Assembly: GCF_009914755.1 (NCBI RefSeq)
Contig: NC_060948.1
DNA length: 64,000 nt
Source of the DNA: the human T2T-CHM13v2.0 reference genome, Homo sapiens
Reading direction: 5' to 3' (one strand)
Notes under the pieces: generated by a model
Databases searched by the model: none
What the model was told of the DNA's origin: nothing
The model's input: the letters and a program-made list of their open reading frames with translations, nothing else
Program-made: the position numbers and the translations under genes
Part shown: in pieces, positions 42,628-55,700 of the stretch
How the letters are laid out: each line of letters opens with the position of its first letter
Numbering within the stretch: the stretch's first letter is position 1

Positions 42628-45600
42628 AATGGAAGGGAGTGTAATGGAAGGTTCTCGGAAAAAATGGAATGGAATGGAGTGGAATTGAATGGAACGGAAT
42701 AGAGTCGAATGGAATTGAATGGAATGGAATGGAATGGACTAGAGTGAATTGGAATCGAACCACAAGGAATGGACAGGAATAGAATGGTCTCGAATTGAAT
42801 GGAATCGTATGGAATGGCATCAAACGGAATGGAATGGACAGCCACGGAATGGAATGCACTCGAATGCAATGGAGTCGAAACTAATGGACTGGAATAGAAT
42901 GGACTCGACTGGTACGGACTCCAATGGAATGGAATCGAATGGAAGGGAATCGAACGGAATGGAATCGGAGGGAAAAGACTGCAATGGAAAGGTCTCGAAT
43001 GGAATGGAAATTAATGGAATGGAATGGAATCGAATGAAATGGAGTCAAAAGCAATGGAATCGAATTGCAAGAAATCGAATGTAATGGAATCGCAAGGAAT
43101 TGATGTGAACGGAACGGAATGGAATGGAATCCAAAGGAATGGAATAGAATGGAATGGAATCGAATGGAAAGGACTCGAATGGAAATCACTCGAATAGAAT
43201 GCAATTTAATAAAATAGGATCAAATGTAATGGAATGCAATGGAAAGGAATCGAAACTAAAGGAATGGAGACAGATGGAATGGAATAGAACAGAGAGCAAT
43301 GGTATAGAATGGAATGGAATCATCTGGAATGGAATTGAATGGAATGGAATAATATGAAATGGAATGGAATGGAATGGAATGGAATGCCCTTGAATTAAAT
43401 GGACTGGAATGGAATGGACTCGAACAGAGTGGAATGGAAAGTGTTGAGATAGAATGGAATGGACTCCTTTGGAATGGTGTAGTATGCAATGCAATCGACT
43501 GGCAGAGTATCAAAAGGAATTTAATCGAATGGATTGGACTGGAATGCAATGGACTCGAATAGATTGGAAACGGAATGCAAAGGAATGGAATGGAATAGTA
43601 TGGAATGGAATGGAAAGGAATGGAGTGGAATAGACTAGAGTGGAATGGAATGGACTGGAAAGCAATGGACTGGAATGGAACTCTCTTGAATGGACTGGAA
43701 TCAAACGGAATGGAATGCAATGCAATCAAATGGCATGGAATAAAATAGAATGAAAGAGAATCAAATGGAATTGAATCGAATGGAATCGAATGGATTGGAA
43801 AGGAATAGAATGGAATGGAATGGAATGGACAAGAATGGAATGGATTCGAATGGAAGGCAAAGGAATGGAATCTATTGGAATGGACTGTAATGGAATGGAA
43901 TGGAAGGGATTGGAATGGACTCGAATGGAATGGACTGCAATAGAAAGGATTCGAATGGAATGAAAAAGAGTTGAATGGAATAGAACAGAATGGAATCAAA
44001 TCGAATGAAATGGAATGGAATAGAAAGGAATGGAATGAAATGGAATGGAAAGGATTCGAATGGAATGCAATCGAATGGAATGGAATCGAACGGAATGGAA
44101 TAAAATGGAAGAAAACTGGCAAGAAATGGAATCGAAATGAATGGAGTGTTATGGAACGGACTCAAAAGGAATTGAATGTAATAGAATGGAGTGGAGTGGA
44201 CTCGAATATAATGGACTGGAATGGAATGAAATCACATGGAATGGGAACGAATGGAATGGAATGGAAAGGAATGGAATCGAATGGAAAGGAATCGAATGGA
44301 AGGGAATGAAATTGAATCAACAGGAATGGAAGGGAATAGAATAGACGGTAATGGAATGGACTCGAATAGAATGGACACGAATGCTCAAATTGAATGGACT
44401 CGAATGGAATGGAAACGAAAGGAATGTCACCGAATGGAATTGAATCGATTGGAATGAAATCGCATAGAATGGAGTGGAATCAAATGGAATTGAATCGAAA
44501 GGAAAGGAAGCGAATGGACTGAAATGAAATGGAATGGAATTGAATGGAAAGTAATGCAATGGAATAGAATGGAACGAAATTTCACGGAATGGAATCAAAC
44601 TGAATGGAATCAAATCAATGGAATCCAATCAAATGGAATGGAGTAGATTGGATTGGATGGGATTGGAATGAAATATACTGGAAAGGACTCGAATCTCATG
44701 AAACGGAATGGAATGAATTGGAACGGAATGGACTCGAATGGAATGGAATGTCATAGAATGGCATCAAATGGAATGGCATCAAATGGAATGGAATCGAATG
44801 CAATGGAATGCTATGGAATGGAATGGAATGCATTGGAATGGAATGTCCTCTAATGGAATGGATTCGAGTGGAATGGAATCGAATATAATGGAGTCGAATG
44901 AAATGGAATTGAAAGGAATGGGATCGAATACAATGGAATATACTGGAATGTAATGTAATGAACTCGAATGTAATTGACTGGAATGGAATGTACATGAATG
45001 GAATGTAATCGAATGGAAAGTAATCCAATGGAATAGAATCTAATGCAATAAAATCGACTCAGATAGAGTAGAATGTAACGGAATGGAGTGCAGTGCAATG
45101 GAATGGAATGGAATGGAATGCAATGGAATGGAATGGAATGGAATGGAATGGAATGGAATGGGATGGAATGGTATGGAATGGATAGTAATGGACTGGAGTG
45201 AAATGGACTGGAAAGGAATGGACTCAAATTGAAAGGGCTGGAAAGGAATGGAGTCAAATGGAATGGTCTGGAATGGAATGAACACGAAAGTAATGCAATC
45301 CAATAGAATGGAATCGAATAGCATGGAATATAATGAAATGGAATCGAAGAGAATGGAAACAAATGGAATGGAATTGAATGGAATGGAATTGAATGGAATG
45401 GGAACGAATGGAGTGAAATTGTATGCAGTAGAAGCGAATAGAATGGAATGCAAGCGAAAGGAAAGGAATGGATTGGAATGGAATGGAATTCATTGGAATG
45501 GAAGGGAATGTAGTGTAATGGACAGGCCTGGAATAAAGTGGAATGCTACGGTCTCGAATGGAATAAAAATGTATGGAATGGAATGCAATGAAACGGAATC

Positions 45601-46161
45601 GAATGTCATAGAATGTAATGGAATGCAAAAAAATGGAATCCAAAATCATTGACTGGAAAGGCTGGGTGTCGAAAGGAATTGACTCCAATGGAATGGAATC
45701 GAATGGAATGGAAGTGAATAGAATCGAACTAAATCGAATGGAATGGAATTGATAGGAACGGAATGGAGAGGAATGCAATGATTTGGCATGGAATGCAATC
45801 GAATGGCATCGAATGGAATGGAATGGAATGCAATGGAATGGAACGTATTAGAATGTAATGAACTTTAATGGAATGTACTCGAATGGAATCGACTGGAATG
45901 GAATGTTCTGGAAGTGAATGGACTCCAATGGAATGGATTCAAAAGGAATGGAATCGTACGGAATGGAATCTAATGGAATGGAATTAAATGGAAATGAATC
46001 AAATTGAATAGCATGGAATTGAATTGAATGGAATCGAATGCAATGGAATCTAATGAAACGGAAAGGAAAGGAATGGAATGGAATGGAATGGGCTGGAATG
46101 GAAAGGAATCGAAACGAATGGAATGGAATCGAATTGACGAGACTGGAATGGAATGCACTGG
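42628..46161 (+). repeat. DYZ1 unit 13 (3534 bp; variant type shared with unit 8)
   Basis: Anchors; StuI at 45524. Same diagnostic SNVs and deletions as unit 8. Confidence 0.9.
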
Positions 46162-49100
46162 AATGGAAGGGAGTGTTATGGAAGGTTCTCGAAAAAAATG
46201 GAATCGAATGGAATGGAATTGAATGAAACGGAATAGAGTCGAATGGAATTGAATAGAATGGAATGGACTAGAGTGAAATGGAATCGAACCACAAGGAATG
46301 GACAGGAATAGAATGGTCTCGAATTGAATGGAATCGTATGGAATGGCATCAAACGGAATGGAATGGACAGCCACGGAATGGAATGCACTCGAATGCAATG
46401 GAGTCGAAACTAATGGACTGTAATAGAATGGACTCGACTGGTACGGACTCCAATGGAATGGAATCGAATGGAAGGGAATCGAACGGAATGGACTCGAAGG
46501 GAAAAGACTGCAATGGAAAGGTCTCGAATGGAATGGAAATTAATGGAATGGAATGGAATCGAATGAAATGGAGTCAAAAGGAATGGAATCGAATGGCAAG
46601 AAATCGAATGTAATGGAATCGCAAGGAATTGATGTGAACGGAACGGAATGGAATGGAATCCAAAGGAATGGAATAGAATGGAATGGAATCGAATGGAAAG
46701 GACTCGAATGGAAATCACTCGAATAGAATGCAATTTAATAAAATAGGATCAAATGTAATGGAATGGAATGGAAAGGAATCGAAACGAAAGGAATGGAGAC
46801 AGATGGAATGGAATGGAACAGAGAGCAATGGTATAGAATGGAATGGAATCATCTGGAATGGAATTGAATGGAATGGAATAATATGAAATGGAATGGAATG
46901 GAATGGAATGGAATGCCCTTGAATTAAATGGACTGGAATGGAATGGACTCGAACAGAGTGGAATGGAAAGTGTTGAGATAGAATGGAATGGACTCCTTTG
47001 GAATGGTCTAGTATGCAATGCAATCGACTGGCAGGGAATCAAAAGGAATGTAATGGAATGGATTGGACAGGAATGCAATGGACTCGAATAGATTGGAAAC
47101 GGAATGCAAAGGAATGGAATGGAATAGTATGGAATGGAATGGAAAGGAATGGAGTGGAATAGACTAGAGTGGAATGGAATGGACTGGAAAGCAATAGACT
47201 GGAATGGAACTTTCTTGAATGGACTGGAATCAAACGGAATGGAATGCAATGCAATCAAATGGCATGGAATAAAATAGAATGAAAGAGAATCAAATGGAAT
47301 TGAATCGAATGGAATCGAATGGATTGGAAAGGAATAGAATGGAATGGAATGGAATTGACTCAAATGGAATGGACTAGAATGGAATGGATTCGAATGGAAG
47401 GCAAAGGAATGGAATCTATTGGAATGGACTGTAATGGAATGGAATGGAAGGGATTGGAATGGACTCGAATGGAATGGACTGCAATAGAAAGGATTCGAAT
47501 GGAATGAAAAAGAATTGAATGGAATAGAACAGAATGGAATCAAATCGAATGAAATGGAATGGAATAGAAAGGAATGGAATGAAATGGAATGGAAAGGATT
47601 CGAATGGAATGCAATCGAATGGAATGGAATCGAACGGAATGGAATAAAATGGAAGAAAACTGGCAAGAAATGGAATCGAAATGAATGGAGTGTTATGGAA
47701 CGGACTCAAAAGGAATTGAATGTAATAGAATGGAGTGGAGTGGACTCGAATATAATGGACTGGAATGGAATGAAATCACATGGAATGGGAACGAATGGAA
47801 TGGAATGGAAAGGAATGGAATCGAATGGAAAGGAATCGAATGGAAGGGAATGAAATTGAATCAACAGGAATGGAAGGGAATAGAATAGACGGTAATGGAA
47901 TGGACTCGAATAGAATGGACACGAATGCTCAAATTGAATGGACTCGAATGGAATGGAAACGAAAGGAATGTCATCGAATGGAATTGAATCGATTGGAATG
48001 AAATCGCATAGAATGGAGTGGAATCAAATGGAATTGAATCGAAAGGAAAGGAAGCGAATGGACTGAAATGAAATGGAATGGAATTGAATGGAAAGTAATG
48101 CAATGGAATAGAATGGAACGAAATTTCACGGAATGGAATCAAACTGAATGGAATCAAACCAATGGAATCAAATCAAATGGAATGGAAAGGAATTGAATGG
48201 AGTAGATTGGATTGGATGGGATTGGAATGAAATGTACTGGAAAGGACTCGAATTTCATGAAACGGAATGGAATGAATTGGAACGGAATGGACTCGAATGG
48301 AATGGAATGTCATGGAATGGCATCAAATGGAATGGCATCAAATGGAATGGAATCGAATGCAATGGAATGCTATGGAATGGAATGGAATGCATTTTAATGG
48401 AATGTCCTCTAATGGAATGGATTCGAGTGGAATGGAATCGAATATAATGGAGTCGAATGAAATGGAATTGAAAGGAATGGGATCGAATACAATGGAATAT
48501 ACTGGAATGTAATGTAATGAACTCGAATGTAATTGACTGGAATGGAATGTACATGAATGGAATGTAATCGAATGGAAAGTAATCCAATGGAATAGAATCT
48601 AATGCAATAAAATCGACTCAGATAGAGTAGAATGTAATGGAATGGAGTGCAGTGCAATGGAATGGAATGGAATGGAATGCAATGGAATGGAATGGAATGG
48701 AATGGAATGGAATGGAATGGAATGGAATGGTGTGGAATGGATAGTAATGGACTGGAGTGAAATGGACTGGAAAGGAATGGACTCAAATTGAATGGGCTCG
48801 AAAGGAATGGAGTCAAATGGAATGGTCTGGAATGGAATGAACACGAATGTAATGCAATCCAATAGAATGGAATCGAATGGCATGGAATATAAAGAAATGG
48901 AATCGAAGAGAATGGAAACAAATGGAATGGAATTGAGTGGAATGGAATTGAATGGAATGGGAACCAATGGAGTGAAATTGTATGCAGTAGAAGAGAATAG
49001 AATGGAATGCAAGCGAAAGGAAAGGAATGGATTGGAATGGAATGGAATTCATTGGAATGGAAGGGAATGTAGTGTAATGGACAGGCCTGGAATAAAGTGG

Positions 49101-49720
49101 AATGCTACGGTCTCGAATGGAATAAAAATGTATGGAATGGAATGCAATGAAACGGAATCGAATGTCATAGAATGTAATGGAATGCAAAAAAATGGAATCC
49201 AAAATCATTGACTGGAAAGGCTGGGTGTCGAAAGGAATTGACTCCAATGGAATGGAATCGAATGGAATGGAAGTGAATAGAATCGAACTAAATCGAATGG
49301 AATGGAATTGATAGCAACGGAATGGAAAGGAATGCAATGATTTGGCATGGAATGGAATCGAATGGCATCGAATGGAATGGAATGGAATGCAATGGAATGG
49401 AATGTATTAGAATGTAATGAACTTTAATGGAATGTACTCGAATGGATTCGACTGGAATGGAATGTTCTGGAAGTGAATGGACTCCAATGGAATGGATTCA
49501 AAAGGAATGGAATCGTACGGAATGGAATCTAATGGAATGGAATTAAATGGAAATGAATCAAATTGAGTAGCACGGAATTGAATTGAATGGAATGGAATGC
49601 AATGGAATCTAATGAAACGGAAAGGAAAGGAATGGAATGGAATGGAATGGGCTGGAATGGAAAGGAATCGAAACGAATGGAATGGAATCGAACTGAAGAG
49701 ACTGGAATGGAATGCACTGG
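46162..49720 (+). repeat. DYZ1 unit 14 (3559 bp; mosaic)
   Basis: Anchors; StuI at 49083. Its 3' half shares private SNVs with unit 12. Confidence 0.88.
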
Positions 49721-52700
49721 AATGGAAGGGAGTGTAATGGAAGGTTCTCGAAAAAAATGGAATGGAATGGAATGGAATTGAATGGAACGGAATAGAGTCG
49801 AATGGAATTGAATGGAATGGAATGGACTAGAGTGAAATGGAATCGAACCACAAGGAATGGACAGGAATAGAATGGTCTCGAATTGAATGGAATCGTATGG
49901 AATGGCATCAAACGGAATGGAATGGACAGCCACGGAATAGAATGCACTCGAATGCAATGGAGTCGAAACTAATGGACTGGAATAGAATGGACTCGACTGG
50001 TACGGACTCCAATGGAATGGAATCGAATGGAAGGGAATCGAAAGGAATGGACTCGAAGGGAAAAGACTGCAATGGAAAGGTCTCGAATGGAATGGAAATT
50101 AATGGAATGGAATGGAATCGAATGAAATGGAGTCAAAAGGAATGGAATCGAATGGCAAGAAATCGAATGTAATGGAATCGCAAGGAATTGATGTGAACGG
50201 AACGGAATGGAATGGAATCCAAAGGAATGGAATAGAATGGAATGGAATCGAATGGAAAGGTCTCGAATGGAAATCACTCGAATAGAATGCAATTTAATAA
50301 AATAGGATCAAATGTAATGGAATGGAATGGAAAGGAATCGAAACGAAAGGAATGGAGACAGATGGAATGGAATGGAACAGAGAGCAATGGTATAGAATGG
50401 AATGGAATCATCTGGAATGGAATTGAATGGAATGGAATAATATGAAATGGAATGGAATGGAATGGAATGGAATGCCCTTGAATTAAATGGACTGGAATGG
50501 AATGGACTCGAACAGAGTGGAATGGAAAGTGTTGAGATAGAATGGAATGGACTCCTTTGGAATGGTCTAGTATGCAATGCAATCGACTGGTAGGGAATCA
50601 AAAGGAATGTAATCGAATGGATTGGACTGGAATGCAATGGACTCGAATAGATTGGAAACGGAATGCAAAGGAATGGAATGGAATAGTATGGAATGGAATG
50701 GAAAGGAATGGAGTGGAATAGACTAGAGTGGAATGGAATGGACTGGAAATCAATGGACTGGAATGGAACTTTCTTGAATGGACTGGAATCAAACGGAATG
50801 GAATGCAATGCAATCAAATGGCATGGAATAAAATAGAATGAAAGAGAATCAAATGGAATTGAATCGAATGGAATCGAATGGATTGGAAAGGAATAGAATG
50901 GAATGGAATGGAATTGACTCAAATGGAATGGACTAGAATGGAATGGATTCGAATGGAAGGCAAAGGAATGGAATCTATTGGAATGGACTGTAATGGAATG
51001 GAATGGAAGGGATTGGAATGGACTCGAATGGAATGAACTGCAATAGAAAGGATTCGAATGGAATGAAAAAGAATTGAATGGAATAGAACAGAATGGAATG
51101 AAATCGAATGAAATGGAATGGAATAGAAAGGAATGGAATGAAATGGAATGGAAAGGATTCGAATGGAATGCAATCGAATGGAATGGAATCGAACGGAATG
51201 GAATAAAATGGAAGAAAACTGGCAAGAAATGGAATCGAAATGAATGGAGTGTTATGGAACGGACTCAAAAGGAATTGAATGTAATAGAATGGAGTGGAGT
51301 GGACTCGAATATAATGGACTGGAATGGAATGAAATCACATGGAATGGGAACGAATGGAATGGAATGGAAAGGAATGGAATCGAATGGAAAGGAATCGAAT
51401 GGAAGGGAATGAAATTGAATCAACAGGAATGGAAGGGAATAGAATAGACGGTAATGGAATGGACTCGAATAGAATGGACACGAATGCTCAAATTGAATGG
51501 ACTCGAATGGAATGGAAACGAAAGGAATGTCATCGAATGGAATTGAATCGATTGGAATGAAATCGCATAGAATGGAGTGGAATCAAATGGAATTGAATCG
51601 AAAGGAAAGGAAGCGAATGGACTGAAATGAAATGGAATGGAATTGAATGGAAAGTAATGCAATGGAATAGAATGGAACGAAATTTCACGGAATGGAATCA
51701 AACTGAATGGAATCAAATCAATGGAATCTAATCAAATGGAATGGAAAGGAATTGAATGGAGTAGATTGGATTGGATGGGATTGGAATGAAATGTACTGGA
51801 AAGGACTCGAATTTCATGAAACGGAATGGAATGAATTGGAACGGAACGGACTCGAATGGAATGGAATGTCATGGAATGGCATCAAATGGAATGGCATCAA
51901 ATGGAATGGAATCGAATGCAATGGAATGCTATGGAATGGAATGGAATGCATTGGAATGGAATGTCCTCTAATGGAATGGATTCGAGTGGAATGGAATCGA
52001 ATATAATGGAGTCGAATGAAATGGAATTGAAAAGAATGGGATCGAATACAATGGAATATACTGGAATGTAATGTAATGAACTCGAATGTAATTGACTGGA
52101 ATGGAATGTACATGAATGGAATGTAATCGAATGGAAAGTAATCCAATGGAATAGAAACTAATGCAATAAAATCGACTCAAATAGAGTAGAATGTAATGGA
52201 ATGGAGTGCAGTGCAATGGAATGGAATGGAATGGAATGCAATGGAATGGAATGGAATGGAATGGAATGGGATGGAATGGTGTGGAATGGATAGTAATGGA
52301 CTGGTGTGAAATGGACTGGAAAGGAATGGACTCAAATTGAAAGGGCTCGAAAGGAATGGAGTCAAATGGAATGGTCTGGAATGGAATGAACACGAATGTA
52401 ATGCAATCCAATAGAATGGAATCGAATGGCATGGAATATAAAGAAATGGAATCGAAGAGAATGGAAACAAATGGAATGGAATTGAATGGAATGGAATTGA
52501 ATGGAATGGGAAGGAATGGAGTGAAATTGTATGCAGTAGAAGAGAATAGAATGGAATGCAAGTGAAAGGAAAGGAATGGATTGGAATGGAATGGAATTCA
52601 TTGGAATGGAAGGGAATGTAGTGTAATGGACAGGCCTGGAATAAAGTGGAATGCTACGGTCTCGAATGGAATAAAAATGTATGGAATGGAATGCAATGAA

Positions 52701-55700
52701 ACGGAATCGAATGTCATAGAATGTAATGGAATGCAACAAAATGGAATCCAAAATCATTGACTGGAAAGGCTGGGTGTCGAAAGGAATTGACTCCAATGGA
52801 ATGGAATCGAATGGAATGGAAGTGAATAGAATCGAACTAAATCGAATGGAATGGAATTGATAGGAACGGAATGGAAAGGAATGCAATGATTTGGCATGGA
52901 ATGGAATCGAATGGCATCGAATGGAATGGAATGGAATGCAATGGAATGGAATGTATTAGAATGTAATGAACTTTAATGGAATGTACTCGAATGGATTCGA
53001 CTGGAATGGAATGTTCTGGAAGTGAATGGACTCCAATGGAATGGATTCAAAAGGAATGGAATCGTACGGAATGGAATCTAATGGAATGGAATTAAATGGA
53101 AATGAATCAAATTGAATAGCACGGAATTGAATTGAATGGAATGGAATGCAATGGAATCTAATGAAACGGAAAGGAAAGGAATGGAATGGAATGGAATGGG
53201 CTGGAATGGAAAGGAATCGAAACGAATGGAATGGAATCGAACTGAAGAGACTGGAATGGAATGCACTGGAATGGAAGGGAGTGTAATGGAAGGTTCTCGA
53301 AAAAAATGGAATCGAATGGAATGGAATTGAATGGAACGGAATAGAGTCGAATGGAATTGAATGGAATGGAATGGACTAGAGTGAAATGGAATCGAACCAC
53401 AAGGAATGGACAGGAATAGAATGGTCTCGAATTGAATGGAATCGTATGGAATGGCATTAAACGGAATGGAATGGACAGCCACGGAATGGAATGCACTCGA
53501 ATGCAATGGAGTCGAAACTAATGGACTGGAATAGAATGGACTCGACTGGTACGGACTCCAATGGAATGGAATCGAATGGAAGGGAATCGAACGGAATGGA
53601 CTCGAAGGGAAAAGACTGCAATGGAAAGGTCTCGAATGGAATGGAAATTAATGGAATGGAATCGAATGAAATGGAGTCAAAAGGAATGGAATCGAATGGC
53701 AAGAAATCGAATGTAATGGAATCGCAAGGAATTGATGTGAACGGAACGGAATGGAATGGAATCCAAAGGAATGGAATAGAATGGAATGGAATCGAATGGA
53801 AAGGACTCGAATGGAAATCACTCGAATAGAATGCAATTTAATAAAATAGGATCAAATGTAATGGAATGGAATGGAAAGGAATCGAAACGAAAGGAATGGA
53901 GACAGATGGAATGGAATGGAACAGAGAGCAATGGTATAGAATGGAATGGAATCATCTGGAATGGAATTGAATGGAATGGAATAATATGAAATGGAATGGA
54001 ATGGAATGGAATGGAATGCCCTTGAATTAAATGGACTGGAATGGAATGGACTCGAACAGAGTGGAATGGAAAGTGTTGAGATAGAATGGAATGGACTCCT
54101 TTGGAATGGTCTAGTATGCAATGCAATCGACTGGTAGGGAATCAAAAGGAATGTAATCGAATGGATTGGACTGGAATGCAATGGACTCGAATAGATTGGA
54201 AACGGAATGCAAAGGAATGGAATGGAATAGTATGGAATGGAATGGAAAGGAATGGAGTGGAATAGACTAGAGTGGAATGGAATGGACTGGAAATCAATGG
54301 ACTGGAATGGAACTTTCTTGAATGGACTGGAATCAAACGGAATGGAATGCAATGCAATCAAATGGCATGGAATAAAATAGAATGAAAGAGAATCAAATGG
54401 AATTGAATCGAATGGAATCGAATGGATTGGAAAGGAATAGAATGGAATGGAATGGAATTGACTCAAATGGAATGGACTAGAATGGAATGGATTCGAATGG
54501 AAGGCAAAGGAATGGAATCTATTGGAATGGACTGTAATGGAATGGAATGGAAGGGATTGGAATGGACTCGAATGGAATGAACTGCAATAGAAAGGATTCG
54601 AATGGAATGAAAAAGAATTGAATGGAATAGAACAGAATGGAATGAAATCGAATGAAATGGAATGGAATAGAAAGGAATGGAATGAAATGGAATGGAAAGG
54701 ATTCGAATGGAATGCAATCGAATGGAATGGAATCGAACGGAATGGAATAAAATGGAAGAAAACTGGCAAGAAATGGAATCGAAATGAATGGAGTGTTATG
54801 GAACGGACTCAAAAGGAATTGAATGTAATAGAATGGAGTGGAGTGGACTCGAATATAATGGACTGGAATGGAATGAAATCACATGGAATGGGAACGAATG
54901 GAATGGAATGGAAAGGAATGGAATCGAATGGAAAGGAATCGAATGGAAGGGAATGAAATTGAATCAACAGGAATGGAAGGGAATAGAATAGACGGTAATG
55001 GAATGGACTCGAATAGAATGGACACGAATGCTCAAATTGAATGGACTCGAATGGAATGGAAACGAAAGGAATGTCATCGAATGGAATTGAATCGATTGGA
55101 ATGAAATCGCATAGAATGGAGTGGAATCAAATGGAATTGAATCGAAAGGAAAGGAAGCGAATGGACTGAAATGAAATGGAATGGAATTGAATGGAAAGTA
55201 ATGCAATGGAATAGAATGGAACGAAATTTCACGGAATGGAATCAAACTGAATGGAATCAAATCAATGGAATCTAATCAAATGGAATGGAAAGGAATTGAA
55301 TGGAGTAGATTGGATTGGATGGGATTGGAATGAAATGTACTGGAAAGGACTCGAATTTCATGAAACGGAATGGAATGAATTGGAACGGAACGGACTCGAA
55401 TGGAATGGAATGTCATGGAATGGCATCAAATGGAATGGCATCAAATGGAATGGAATCGAATGCAATGGAATGCTATGGAATGGAATGGAATGCATTGGAA
55501 TGGAATGTCCTCTAATGGAATGGATTCGAGTGGAATGGAATCGAATATAATGGAGTCGAATGAAATGGAATTGAAAAGAATGGGATCGAATACAATGGAA
55601 TATACTGGAATGTAATGTAATGAACTCGAATGTAATTGACTGGAATGGAATGTACATGAATGGAATGTAATCGAATGGAAAGTAATCCAATGGAATAGAA

